Positions 26,001-37,367 of a stretch of 64,000 nucleotides of DNA are shown here, piece by piece. The DNA is from Klebsormidium nitens. Lineage: Eukaryota > Plantae > Klebsormidiophyceae. Made by a program: the position numbers and the translations under genes. The stretch covers positions 1 to 64,000 of the forward strand of contig DF236995.1 in assembly GCA_000708835.1 (NCBI GenBank). Direction: 5' to 3'. Positions within the stretch are counted from its first letter, which is position 1. The number at the start of each line of letters is the position of its first letter. The notes under the pieces are model-generated. The model was not told where the DNA came from, did no database searches, and was given only the letters and a program-made list of their open reading frames with translations.

Positions 26001-28979
26001 AGACTATTTTCAAAGCTGCTGCCAAAGACTCCCGACCCCCGTGAAAGCCGACGCTAGGCCGGCAGTGCGAGAGCGTGTCAGATTCGCGCAACGGAATGAT
26101 TGTCGACGCCGAGACATTGTCCATCTCTCGTTGGCTCTCAACATGTGGCCTGATCGATGAGGGACAAGCAAGCCCATTCACCAGAGTCACGAAGAAGAGC
26201 TTTCAGATAAACTCAGGGCCGACAGTATATAAGCAATTAACAAACCGAAGTTGATCTTTGCCGCACAGGTGCTTCTGCGCCACTTCCCGGAGCTCGCCCC
26301 CGCCCTCGCCGGTCTCCCTAACCCGTTCGTAACCTGCAACCCTTTCGGCCAAACCAGCCAACCACCGACCGCCAACTCCTTCCTCCCGAGCGCCTACGAC
26401 GTGGCGACCGCAAAGCTCGCCGCCCGCGGAAAAGGTCGCCCGGGGCTTCAGAATCGAGCGCCCCAGCCACTTTCCGCGGCTGACATTTTCGAGCAGAACC
26501 TGGCAAACCAACCGGACATAAGCTTTGACGATCTGCCCGGTAACCCGGTGGTTGACTGCCGGGTTAGTAAGTTGTTAGCCCCCGTGAAAACCTGTCTCGG
26601 GGGGGTGTCTCAGCGGTGTTGCGAAGCGATCGACGCAGCGTTCGCGCCTGGCGCAAATGCGTCGACCAGAAACTGTTTGTGCTTGCCGACGGTCGCGGCC
26701 GCGGGGCGGCAGGTCGCGCGCGGGTTTGGGGTCGACTTCGAAACGGTGAGGCGGCGCGGAGGTGAACCGACCACCATTGTCAGGTTCTCTGTTGGTTCTA
26801 TATCTGAGACTGGTGCCTGGATCGGAGTAGCTTGCATCAATTCAAGTTGCTTTATGTGCACGGCAAGGTTTGGAAAAGAAACCGGGTTGGAGGCCGATGT
26901 GGATGCGGAGTCTAAGATCTAGACTGGGAGGTTCCGCTTTCTTGAGCCCTTCGAACGAAGGTCTTCAATCCGGCCGGCTGCAAAGCCCCACTTCGCTTCC
27001 TCCCGTCCCAAAGTCTATTCTTGCTGTTCTAACCGACTTACCTAAACGAAGTTTGAAGACCGATCAGGCGTACTTTGATCTCGTAACTTGTTAATGAAAC
27101 ATTTACCCGCTATATTTGACTCTACCCCAGGTTTTGTCCGACTGTTGGATGGACTACGGGCTGCAAACCAACTGGTTTGGCGAGATCAACGGCCACTGCC
27201 CGGCGTTCCCGTCGCAATCCGACCCGTACACGTGGCGCGCGCTCGCGCCCAACATGGTCGTTCTGCTCCTCATCTACTGGGCGTTATGTGCCGCCGCGGA
27301 TTCCGCGCTCCGCCGCTGGGCGCCGCCCTACCGGAACCTCTCGCCGCTCAAGCAGCGGAACGTCGCGACGTACTTCCTCGAGGTCCTGGTGACGTCAGCG
27401 GCGCTCGCGCTGACGCTGACGTACGGCTCGGACGTCCTCTTGTACGGCCGCACCGGATCGCCCAACGTGCGGATCGGCTTACTGCTGATAGCGACGCTCT
27501 ACGTGTTCGAGCTGATCTACCGGAACGAGACCGGAATTCCGCTCCTGCTGCACCATCTCATCACGGTCCTGCTGCTCGTGCTGCTCGTTTTTTCGAGCAA
27601 AGACAACGCGCCGTCGGCCGAGGCGCGTATCGTTCAGCGGTTTGGGCTGCTCATATCGCTCCACGCGTCCACGGAGCAGCTCACGTTCGTGGGGCTCGCC
27701 ATGTACCGGCTGGGCCACCCCTGGGCCGCGCGCGTCATGAAGGTGAGCGCGCGCGAGCCTTTACATTGCGCGCGAACGTTCGCCGAGCAAGGAAGGGGTG
27801 TGGCTCGTGAAATGTTGCGCTCACCTTCTTTTTTCCTGAGATTACTAACTCCGACTTGCTAATGTCTTCAATTCTCCGGCGCTGGTTTTGACCATTGGAG
27901 CAGGGTTGCCTGAAAACACTCATTTGGAAATCTCAGTTGAGGAAGCACCGCATCTGGACTTATTTCGGATCGAGGATGTCGCTTTGAAGCGCCGGTGCCT
28001 CCAATCGGTGGAGCCGCAATCCGGGGCGCATACTAGAGGTTTTCCAGATGCCGTATAAATTTCCTGAGGTCTTGACCAAAGCTAGTGCGAAGTCCTGTCC
28101 AGGCTAGCGGCCGTCCAGACACGAGGAAGTTATATATCAGAGATCACTGGCAGGCCCTTCGAAGCACTCCTGAAATGTTGAGCGACCAGACTCTGGCGTT
28201 CAAAATCCTATTATTGTAGGACTCAATAATAGGAGTGAAGTTACTGACAGCTCTCACTCGGGCACGGTCCACTTCAATGCGAGAGATCAGAATCAGGTCA
28301 GATGCCACTCCGCCTGCCTGGACTTTTTGTCATGCTCGGGTCTGGACCACATGTTTTTAGATACTCATCAACCGTTCCCAAAAAACGGTGCCCTCTCTGC
28401 AGATCTCCACGTGGCAGGTCCTCGTCTTCAAGCTCGTCATCAACGCGCTGACGTGGGTACTCATGATCGACTACTACGTCACCAAATACGACGACCCATC
28501 CGCATCGCGTACCAGCACCAACTGGCACATCGTATGGCCTTTCCTGATCCCCTTACGCAACACGGCTCTCTTCTTCGCCCAACTCTACTCCGTCTACATC
28601 ATCCACGTCATCGCGTCGCAGCACGAGGGGCGCGCGCGCGCGCTCCACTTGGGGCGCCGCGCTGGCGCCGCCAATCCCAGCGGTGGCGACACCTCGTCCG
28701 GTGATGACGTCAGCGAGCCCGGGGGGGGGAAGGTGACGTGGCAGCCGGAGGGCACGCCCAACGAGGAGAAGAAGATGCCTGCTTTTGAGCGGAGCCGGAG
28801 CGCGCCGGCGGCCGCGCGGTTTGCACGCCAGCCTACTTCGCACTGCGAGCACACGTTTGCGCGCCAGGCGGGCGAGCGACAGGATCCGCGACGCGTTCGA
28901 CCAAGACATGGAGATCGTGTGAGCGCGCGCGCGTGCATGGTTTCGAGCCGCTTGGCTCGCGCTCGCGCACAAGGTGGGC
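20035..28979 (+). CDS. Multidomain fusion: signal peptide, Cys-rich module, alpha-dioxygenase-like heme domain (peroxidase-cyclooxygenase superfamily), 8-Cys LTP/prolamin-like domain, and about 7-TM TLC-like domain; 3' end runs into the gap
   Basis: Exons: 20035-20441, 21417-21573, 22313-23020, 23342-23548, 24102-24354, 24736-24924, 25499-25746, 26269-26745, 27131-27742 and 28403-about 28930/28979. Every junction is GT-AG and phase-compatible. DOX-family motifs: YRTADGRCN, AWLQFNNHDWFNH, NTVTHWWDASQLYG, LFVKEHN, ARLVIAAEIAKIHTLEW, PFSITEEFAAVSRMHSLLP, IDIVRDRERGVLRYN, DLLVGCLAE, GETAF and DRFF. Confidence 0.85.
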
Positions 28980-28999
28980 NNNNNNNNNNNNNNNNNNNN
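28980..28999. other. Assembly gap (20 N)
   Basis: Run of N characters, preceded by very GC-rich (GC)n-like sequence. Confidence 1.
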
Positions 29000-31117
29000 T
29001 GATAAGAAGATCCTTCAAAGCGCGCGCAACTTCCTTCGCGTCTGAGGAAGAGAAGCGCATACAGTGTATTTTATCCAATTCTCGGATATAAAGTATCCAG
29101 CCGACTGGTAAAGTGTAGCATATATAATTATCACCACTTTGTAACGTAGGCACGCTCAGATCGGGCCGGAAACTTCACTTGGAAAGTCTATACTTGGACG
29201 TTAATAGTACCCGGATCAAATATACAGAGTCTTGTCACTCCTTGTTTGGGGTTTGTAGTCGTCTTCCCTTCCAGATGCAGGACTCTCTTCGCTTGCAGTC
29301 AATGCAGAAGTACGGTACGTCAAACAACTAGTAGGCAATCAACGTCCTTCACCGGGCGCCACGTCTGCGGCCATGTACAATTGTAGTTGATCATTGTAAA
29401 CAATAGCAAAAAGTATAGACGATCTTAAAGCTGCCCTTCACTGAATTTTTGTCTGCTCACACAAACTCACAACAGATATACAAAGGACTACCGTATAAGG
29501 GCAGAAGAAGAGGCCGTTCTTTTGGATCTTTGACAATGAACGGTAGGAAGGAGCCGGCACCCGCGAATGATTGATATGAACATGCATGTGAGGCGCTTGA
29601 CGATGAAGGATCCGACGAATTCTTAGTGCAGGAGCTAGCCTGCTAATTTCAAAATGTGACCAAGCTTTTCGTGATTTCGTGACCATTGAGTCTGACCGCG
29701 AAAACATGGTTTATGGATACGCATATCACTTTTGATCAGAAAATAGTAGTTCAATGTTCAAGAACCATCCTTCCATAGTGCACATGCCAAACTCGATTGA
29801 AATGCATTTCAATACGGCGGTCAGCGAGGGGGCATGGTCACAACCGGATAGCTTGTCATTGTTATGTTGATTAAAGATCTGGAGAATCTTCAATGTGACG
29901 TTGTGATTGATGTCGAATGCGTCATGCATCTGAAAATTGGTTTAAAACTCGAGCGCCTCTCTGCTATCCCTCAGTGCGATGGGAATCTAGACCCATGGCG
30001 TCTACTATTACCGGCCGCGCCCCTCGGGGCGCGGCTGGCATCGGGAGGACGAGTGCGCTTTTGACGGGGTTTCGCAGGGGTTCTGCGTCATCCTTGCGCG
30101 ATTAAGTTTACAATCATTTGGATAAATCCTTCCTGCATGGGGGCCGAGCCAAGTGACGCAGAATGAACGTCACATGTAATCCTTGCGTACTGACGCGTGT
30201 CAACCAGTTTCCCGGAAAGAGAGCACAAAGTTACTGCTGATTAGCTAACGGGACTGACGACCACATAATATAGGATATAGCGTTACTCACCACTGACCAG
30301 ACGGCTGAGCCTGAGCAGTGAGGTCCAATCCAGATTCCAGTGCCGTCAAGATGAGTCGACGAGAGGCGACGGGCATCACACGGGCATCGGGATCGTTCCC
30401 GGCCCCAGTTGACTCAGCCGAGGAGCGGAGTCGCCCGAAAACTCCGACGTGGTGTCAACTACCTATTAGAGGCTGCAGGCCTGATCTCCAAAAATCGCAA
30501 AGATAAAACACGGATAGTGGTGGCCTTGGGTAACACCAGACCGACCGGTTTGAGGACTGCCGCCGGGACGCTTCGAAAGTTCGTGTCGAACGCTGGTACT
30601 CCTTTTCCGTTCGCATAATGCAGTACAACCCAATAGACCAATACCCAGGAAAGCTCCCTATTTGTACGCTAGAACCTAATCATATGCTGCATGACTGAGT
30701 TGGATCAATCCAATCCAGCTCAGCCCAGCTGGATTGGTGTCCGCCAACTCCGGCGCGGGCGGTCACTAAAGTTGCGAATGCCCATCGTCAATCATGAGCA
30801 TTCCAAGACGTCTGCTCAGTGCTCAGAGTACTTGAGTACGGTACTTATCAGAGTGGGCTCAGATTCAGAGGTTCTCAAGCTCCCTTCTTCCCTAGCTTCG
30901 TCTTTCTGCCAGAGTCTGGTCTTTGCTACGAACCCCCTTGACGCAACGCTGATAATCTAGTATGACTTGAGCTTTGAGGAGTTGAGGGGGAAAGGGCGTA
31001 AGAAAGGTGTTAGTATCTGCGGTAATCGAAGAAAGCTGCCTAGAGAGGTAGACTTCACCTTCTAGTGGCCAGCTCCACATTCGTGCTCCTTCGTGGCCCC
31101 TTCACAGCGGCTCGACA

Positions 31118-34100
31118 TGGGCGGCGCAATGGGAAAGAAGACGCACTTTGTGGCTTTGCAAGTTCTCTTGCTGAGCTTTCTCGTCAGCGCGCAAGGCCAG
31201 AACTCCAGCTGCGCCTCTGGTCAACTCCGCGTTAGGGGTTTCGCCAAGACTCTCACCTATGTTGTAGCAGAGCAGCAGGGGTTCTTTGCCGGGGAGGGCC
31301 TCTCGCTGTGCTTTACCCAGGTAAGTCTTGGAAGTCGCCTTGTCCTTCGCTGAACAGAGTCAAGCGGAGAGGATGGGGTTGTCAGCATTTGTGGTGTTTT
31401 CAAGACAAGGTTCCACATACCCACCTACAGCTGTTGTTCGTACCCACAAGACAGTCATGAGACAGTCATGTACATATCGATGGAGCTCGCATATATCACA
31501 CCACAAATGCTGGTCACTGAACTCAGACAAGCACAGGCACAATGAAGAGACACAGTGGTGCGATACAGCAGCTTAGAAGCCCGGCCAGGTTAAGTAATCA
31601 GTTATAGAGCGCTAACATAACGGCTGCTCCTGAATTGGTACCATTAGCAAATCAAAGCCTTGATGGTTGGGTACGAGGCTGGCTAGCTGGATGTCAGGCG
31701 CCAACTGAACCATGCTTCTGGTCAAAGTAGCTTCTCTTCCAATGTCCATAACATGGGGACAGGAGAACAAGGCATCCGAATGATTTCAAGGAATCTGCAT
31801 ATCGCAGAAGCAGCACTGACTATCAGGCGCACAGGTCTCTTGCTTTCTGATAAGAGTAGAGTTGTCCTTCCAGCCACTTTGTCCTCCTGATAATGGACGC
31901 ACGTACTCCTGGAAACAGCCAGAACCTTTGTCATTACTCAACAGCGTTCATTTTGTTTTCTGGTCTCAGCATGAAGTAGTGCAAGCAATGCAGAAGTAAC
32001 ATCTCATGTATCAAGCCTGTATGTCACACCATAGCAAAATGTTGGCGCGCGACTCTTCTACGTGGCAGCTGCGCACTTGAGCCTCAAAATGTGCAGTAGG
32101 GACAATGCTTTTGTTGACAGTTGGTGTCTTCAACTTACTTGCTCTCAGCATTGTCCTCCAGCTCTGTCAAAAGCCCGACACAATGCACCCCAGCTAAATT
32201 TGCCTTTTAACACCATTGACCCTAAGACCTTATCCTGAAAGGCACTCAAACCCTACCGAGCAATCTAAGTGGCAGTCTTCCATTGTTGGAACGACCTACA
32301 TTCACGTGCTCAAAGGATAGCTGAAAGAGTCTCTTGCAAGCTGCATACGTTTTAACAGATTTTGGATTCTGACCGGAAGTTTATCGTCCACAAACAGTAC
32401 TCTTCATGCAAACTCTGATGGGTTTGTGTTGTCCCTGGTGCAGGTAACTGGCTCCATCGCTCAATTCAACGACTTCAAGGCCGGCAAGTATGACATCCTA
32501 TCATCAGCGCCCGACAACTATATCAACCGGTGCGTTTTCCTGAAGCCCGAAGTACTTTGTAATGCTTTAAATCCAACCTCAGGATCAATGTGAGCATTTA
32601 ACGTAGACTTGCAAGCTGACCTGGTGTCTTGATTTTCGGTGCAGGGCCTTGTGGCCTTCCGTGATCCGCAAAGTGCAGTTGCCACAACACTTCAAAACAT
32701 CTGATTTCAAAAACTAACAGTCCGCCATCGAAATCCTCCCCAGTTCTAGCTCTGGTCAATCCACTAACATGGCATGCTTGTTGTTTAGCAATGCTTTCAA
32801 AACCGAAAGCCAAAGTGAGCTGTTAGAGAAGCTCGATCCAAGGCCGGGGTATACTTCAAGGAGCCAGTGATAGAAAGTTCTTATGGTGCATCCGCATCCC
32901 TGCTGTCTCAGCATTTCCTACATAGTACCCGTTTTTTGCTGGCAAGCAACGAGCGCGTAGCAGCACGGAAGCCTGGCGACAAGTTGCGGTCCTTCTGTAC
33001 CGCTTGATCTCAAGGATTGGCAAGTCCGTCTCAAGCAGATGTGCATCCGACAATCACGCAGTATATTCTTCTCTGCTGCAAGTAGAAGCATTGGTTTCCT
33101 ACGTTTCCATGTCGTGTTGCTCCTTCAATGCGGTGCTCAGTATCGGACGGCGACTTGTAGAGCCCGGAATGTATTCTACGGGACTGTTTTGCAGAGGGAC
33201 GGGCTATAAGATGTAAGTGGCGAAGACGTTTACCGTCGTTTTGGCTGCGGCCAGAGACTCAAACTTTGACACCCTCGTGTCTTTTCCACCCAGCTCACAG
33301 GACTCTTATTGAATGCTACCTAAATTGATTACCAATTAATATCGAGTCCCAGTCAAGTTCTTGGACAAAGAAACGGGATTAACCCGGCTCGAAGGCTTGC
33401 TGTCGCGCCCCAAGTCTGGTCTTCGGATATACAGCCTACTCTACCTACAAGCCTCTAACCACCCACGTACAGTTAACGTTCAAAATATCTGTGCAGCTTT
33501 GTGAACGAGAACCTCCCGCTCCAGATCTTCGCGGAGTCGGGCGAGAGCGAGGGCATTACGATGGTCGGCCCTGGGCGCCGGTGGCATAACGAGCGTGCCG
33601 GATCTGCGGGGCAAGCCTTTCCTGGTGGACGCAGTGGACTCGGGCAACTCTTTCACAGCCCAGTAAATCTTCTCAGTGTTCAATTTGACCCTCGACCGGG
33701 ACTACTCGTTTGTGGTGCGACGGGCTAGTTCTTTCCTTCCCTTCTTCTTCTGAATACTTTGTTTGCAATAGACTATCACCGCGCAGGATATCTGCTCAGT
33801 CATCGACGGAACCTCGAACCGAGACTACATACCTGTGGTGCGCGCCGTTCTTACCTTCCTCTTCCCGTTGAACTTTTCCTTTTTTCTATTTGACTTGACG
33901 ATCATCGCGCAGATTATCTCCTTTTTCTTCGATCGGCATGAGACTCGACCCTTTGAGGACACGTTTGTGGTACGCCTCCTTCTGACTTCCTTTCTACTCT
34001 CAAGTTTTACCCTTTGTTTCTCTTGGGACTCTCCCAGCAGGAAGTTGCAATACGCTTTCAAGTAGACGTGACTTATGTGCACAATCTGCTTCCAAAGGCC

Positions 34101-36164
34101 GCCGCTCTCAGTCAAAAGACGAAAAGCGGGCTCCCACAGGCTTCTTCTTTTTGGAGCCTATCCGAAAGACTCGCAAGTCAACCACCAGATCCAACCGGCT
34201 GGTTATTGGTGGAAGGGAGCTCTTCTTCGGGGCGGTGATGGAACGGAGTTGCTTGCCTTTGATTCAACCACACATCCCCAACGCGGTGTTCAACTATTTT
34301 GCAATTGCGACCACTTCTGAAAAGTATTTGGATGTTGGCGACTAGTAGCCGGCAAATACGAGCCCAAACTCGCGAGCAGCGCTGACTTGTGCAGTATCCC
34401 CGCAACAAAAGTAAGTAACCCTTCTAAGTGTTCAAATCCGGTTTGGCACCGTTTTTTTAGCACACAATCAGACCGTTTACCTGTCGAGAAAACAAGCGCA
34501 GCAGATGTTTGCTTCTTCGCAGGTCGGCGAGAGGGACACGTGTCTGCAACCAGCTGACCTGTCAGGGACAGAACATTGCGCTACAAAAGGACAATTCTCT
34601 CATCTCGCTTCGAGAAGAAGATCATCCTGGTCCAAGGAATGATTGAAGATTCTCACGACGATTTCGCAACACTCTCCTTGTTGCTTATGCAACAGCCCGT
34701 CGGCGGAACAAGTTGATCGTGCTACAAAAGGCTGCTCTCTCATCGCTCTGACATATCCGAGATAACCTGGTCGAGGGAACAACCAAAGGAATGCACGATG
34801 ATTTCGCAACGCTCTCCTCGTCGTTTTTGAAACAGGCCGTCGGCGGAACGAGTTGAACGTGCTACAAAAGGCTGCTCTCTCATCGCTTCGAGAACGTCAA
34901 GATAATCTGGTCGAAGGAACAAACAAAGGAATCGACGAAACTGTCGCAACAACTCTCCTCCTCGTTTCTCAAACAGCCCGTTGGCGGAACCCCGGCGCGC
35001 GTCGCCGCACTCGTCGCGGGACAGACCCCCACCGGCACCCCCGGCTACGGCACGATGGTTACTCCCGCCGCTAGTTATGACGTCCCGCGCCTCACCAACG
35101 GCACGTGCCAGATCATCGCAGACTTTGATACGCTATGGGCGCCTCGCAAGTACTCGCAGACGGCGTGGGCCGCAGACCGGGGCTTGCTGGCTGCGAACCA
35201 AGACACCGTGCAGCGCTTCCTGAGGGCGTATATACGCGCGGGGCAGTTTATACTCGACTCCGCCAATAAGCAGGCGACGGTCGCCGGGCTGGCCCAGAGC
35301 AATGGGATCTCCCTTACGGTCTGTCGCCGTCTTTCTCCTTCCTTTAGTTTCCTCTTGCCGTTTGCCGTTCGGGTGTTGCTTGCTAATTCCCGACCCCGAT
35401 AAAACGTGTACTCAGTTCGGTTGTAAAGTTTTCAAGATTTCTCCTCGTTAATGTCTCGCACAAGCAGAACCTCAAGTCCGACGCTGCTCGAGCTCACGTC
35501 CTTCGAAGGCTTCAAAAAGAAAACGCAGTCTCGGTGCAGATTGTTGCCCTGATCAAACTCCTGAGATCTGGATGCGGGCGAATATTTCCCTCTCTGAGCC
35601 GAGTACGCTGACAAATCGTGGTACCCTAGTATGCACGAGATTCGTCCACAATGCAAATCCAAGCTGGACCTCATTCAAAAACCGTTTTGCTACCAGATGA
35701 GCAGAAACTATTCCAGTTGTCTACTCTCTGTTGATCTCGAGACCTGCTTCACTGCCCATCTTTTGAAGCCAAGGCCGCGCACAAGAAACTTTCCTGGCTT
35801 TGAAGCTCTGAATTCCGGTGCTTTCAGACCCGTTTATTCTGTGGTCCGGGGCCGACAGACCACAGCTGTTAAAAGGAACGACAAACCGTCTGTGCATGGC
35901 GCCCAGACTGTAATAACCGTTGCCTGTTCCCCGGTGCTGTCGCAGGCTGCGCAGCAGTACTTCGACGACAGCTTCGCGCGTTACGGCCAGACCATCTTGG
36001 GCAAGATCGACAAGAAGTCGATCCAGGGCGTCGTGGACCTGCGTAACATGTTCGGCGGGTTTCGAGTCCCGGTTGATAGCGCCGCACTAGTTAAGGAGTC
36101 GCTGCACCACGGGCTGATCACGTCCGAGTACTGGGGCGAGCCATACGCGGCGCTGCGTGCTTGA
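31118..36164 (+). CDS. Secreted NMT1/THI5/SsuA-like periplasmic-binding-fold protein; reading frame disrupted in exons 3-4 (assembly error or pseudogene)
   Basis: Exons: about 31118-31320, 32444-32529, 33497-33662, about 33787-33837, 34977-35318 and 35946-36164. There is a hydrophobic signal segment (FVALQVLLLSFLVSAQG). Family-like motifs: VAEQQGFFAGEGL, GKYDILSSAPDN, ITSVPDLRGKPFLVDAVDSG, DYIPVPVGGTPARVAALVAG and NQDTVQRFLRAYIRA. A +1 frameshift lies near 33565. Confidence 0.75.
34575..34991 (+). repeat. Three tandem copies of a 140-141 bp unit ending in the acceptor and first bases of the following exon
   Basis: CAG|(C/G)CCGT(C/T)GGCGGAAC starts at 34696, 34836 and 34977. GCTACAAAAGG...CTCTCATC and TCGCAAC..CTCTCCT are repeated in each unit. 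Confidence 0.9.
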
Positions 36165-37367
36165 GTCGAGTAGTACTTAGAAATGGGCTGTGTGCTCTCA
36201 GGGCTTTCGCGTTTGGGCTTGTAACGTCCTACTTTTCACCAGATTTTAGAGTCGCGCGTCAGAGTGTTGTGAATATGTGAAGTCACTGGCATGCAGGTTT
36301 AAAATCGGCTGCGGTTCAAAGCCAGTGAATGTCTATGTGAATTTAGTGGAGTCGTTGATCAAGGAACCATGCTTACCTTGGGCCGGCCATGCAAAGTGAT
36401 GAACCGGCCTGCATCAAGCCCCGAGTTCAAAGGAGTCACCAAGTGTGTTGCGTGCCTACTAGTAGCCTGAATCAGTGCACACGGCCCCACTGGGCCAGCG
36501 TTCGAAAGCTATACCAGCTGGCTGAATCTGTACTAACCGAACGTGTTGAAGTCAATGATGGCGGTGGGGGCGGCATGCATACCGGCCTGGCCAGGCAGGC
36601 ACAATCCGATGATGGGCTTAGAGCCGGCCATATATGCATGTTGGATCTTCAAGTTGGATCGAACGTGACCCGTATCATATGCGTGCTGCATGTGCCATGA
36701 ATGTACTATAGAGCAGAACTGGATTAATCCGCTTACAGAATGCAATGATGCCATCGAGTAGCTCGATCGAACGATCCGCATCATTTCAAAATTCAGACCT
36801 AGCTTCGCCGTCGACGGCGACGGCCCGGCCGTGCCGCGCCTATCGAGTCTCAGTCTTAGGCCCGGCTCCACATGCATCCGATCGCGACAATTGAATGAAT
36901 ACATTGAGCAATTCAATCATGTGATTGACGCCATGATCCGACAGTGTCGGAGTATATTATGGCAATCCAATGACCGTACCATCAGTGAGAGCTACACATA
37001 ACTATGATGCAGGACACTAAGGATAAACGTACCGCAATGCATTCCGGCCACAATATCATGCAAGTTTGGATCACCACGTGATTGGACTGTCACTCTGTTC
37101 TATATATTGATTTAAGTGCATAAAAAACTTTCAAGAACCTTCAAATACAACGATTGAGTGTCTGTCGTAATGGACGCGTCCTTTCAAGTCAGCAGCAAGC
37201 CCGCAGACCCGCGCTCATCCCCGTGTTTCAATGCTCTGCAAACCTTTCAAACGTTCGCTTTGATTACTGCTTTATTCAGCAGTCAGTAACAAAAGAATAT
37301 GATCTCTGCCCAAGAACTTACATGGTCATGGAACCTCGTCATTTTATGCCGAATGGCGACTGTGGGC

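Noticed and set aside
27088-27810. Overlapping 240-aa ORF in another frame
   Set aside because: It is a shadow of the GC-rich TM exon, Arg/Ala/Pro-rich with no motifs.
30409-30618. Short ORF with RRGVNYLLEAAGLISK, faintly like an E2F/DP winged-helix motif
   Set aside because: The similarity is too weak, and there are no supporting exons or splice sites.
34151-34420. Possible extra exon of the NMT1-like gene
   Set aside because: It contains tandem stops, and the flanking exons already join sensibly (DYIPV|PVGGT).
34575-34991. Regularly spaced repeats as a CRISPR array
   Set aside because: Whole 140 bp units are similar with no unique spacers, the context is a eukaryotic intron, and there are no cas genes.
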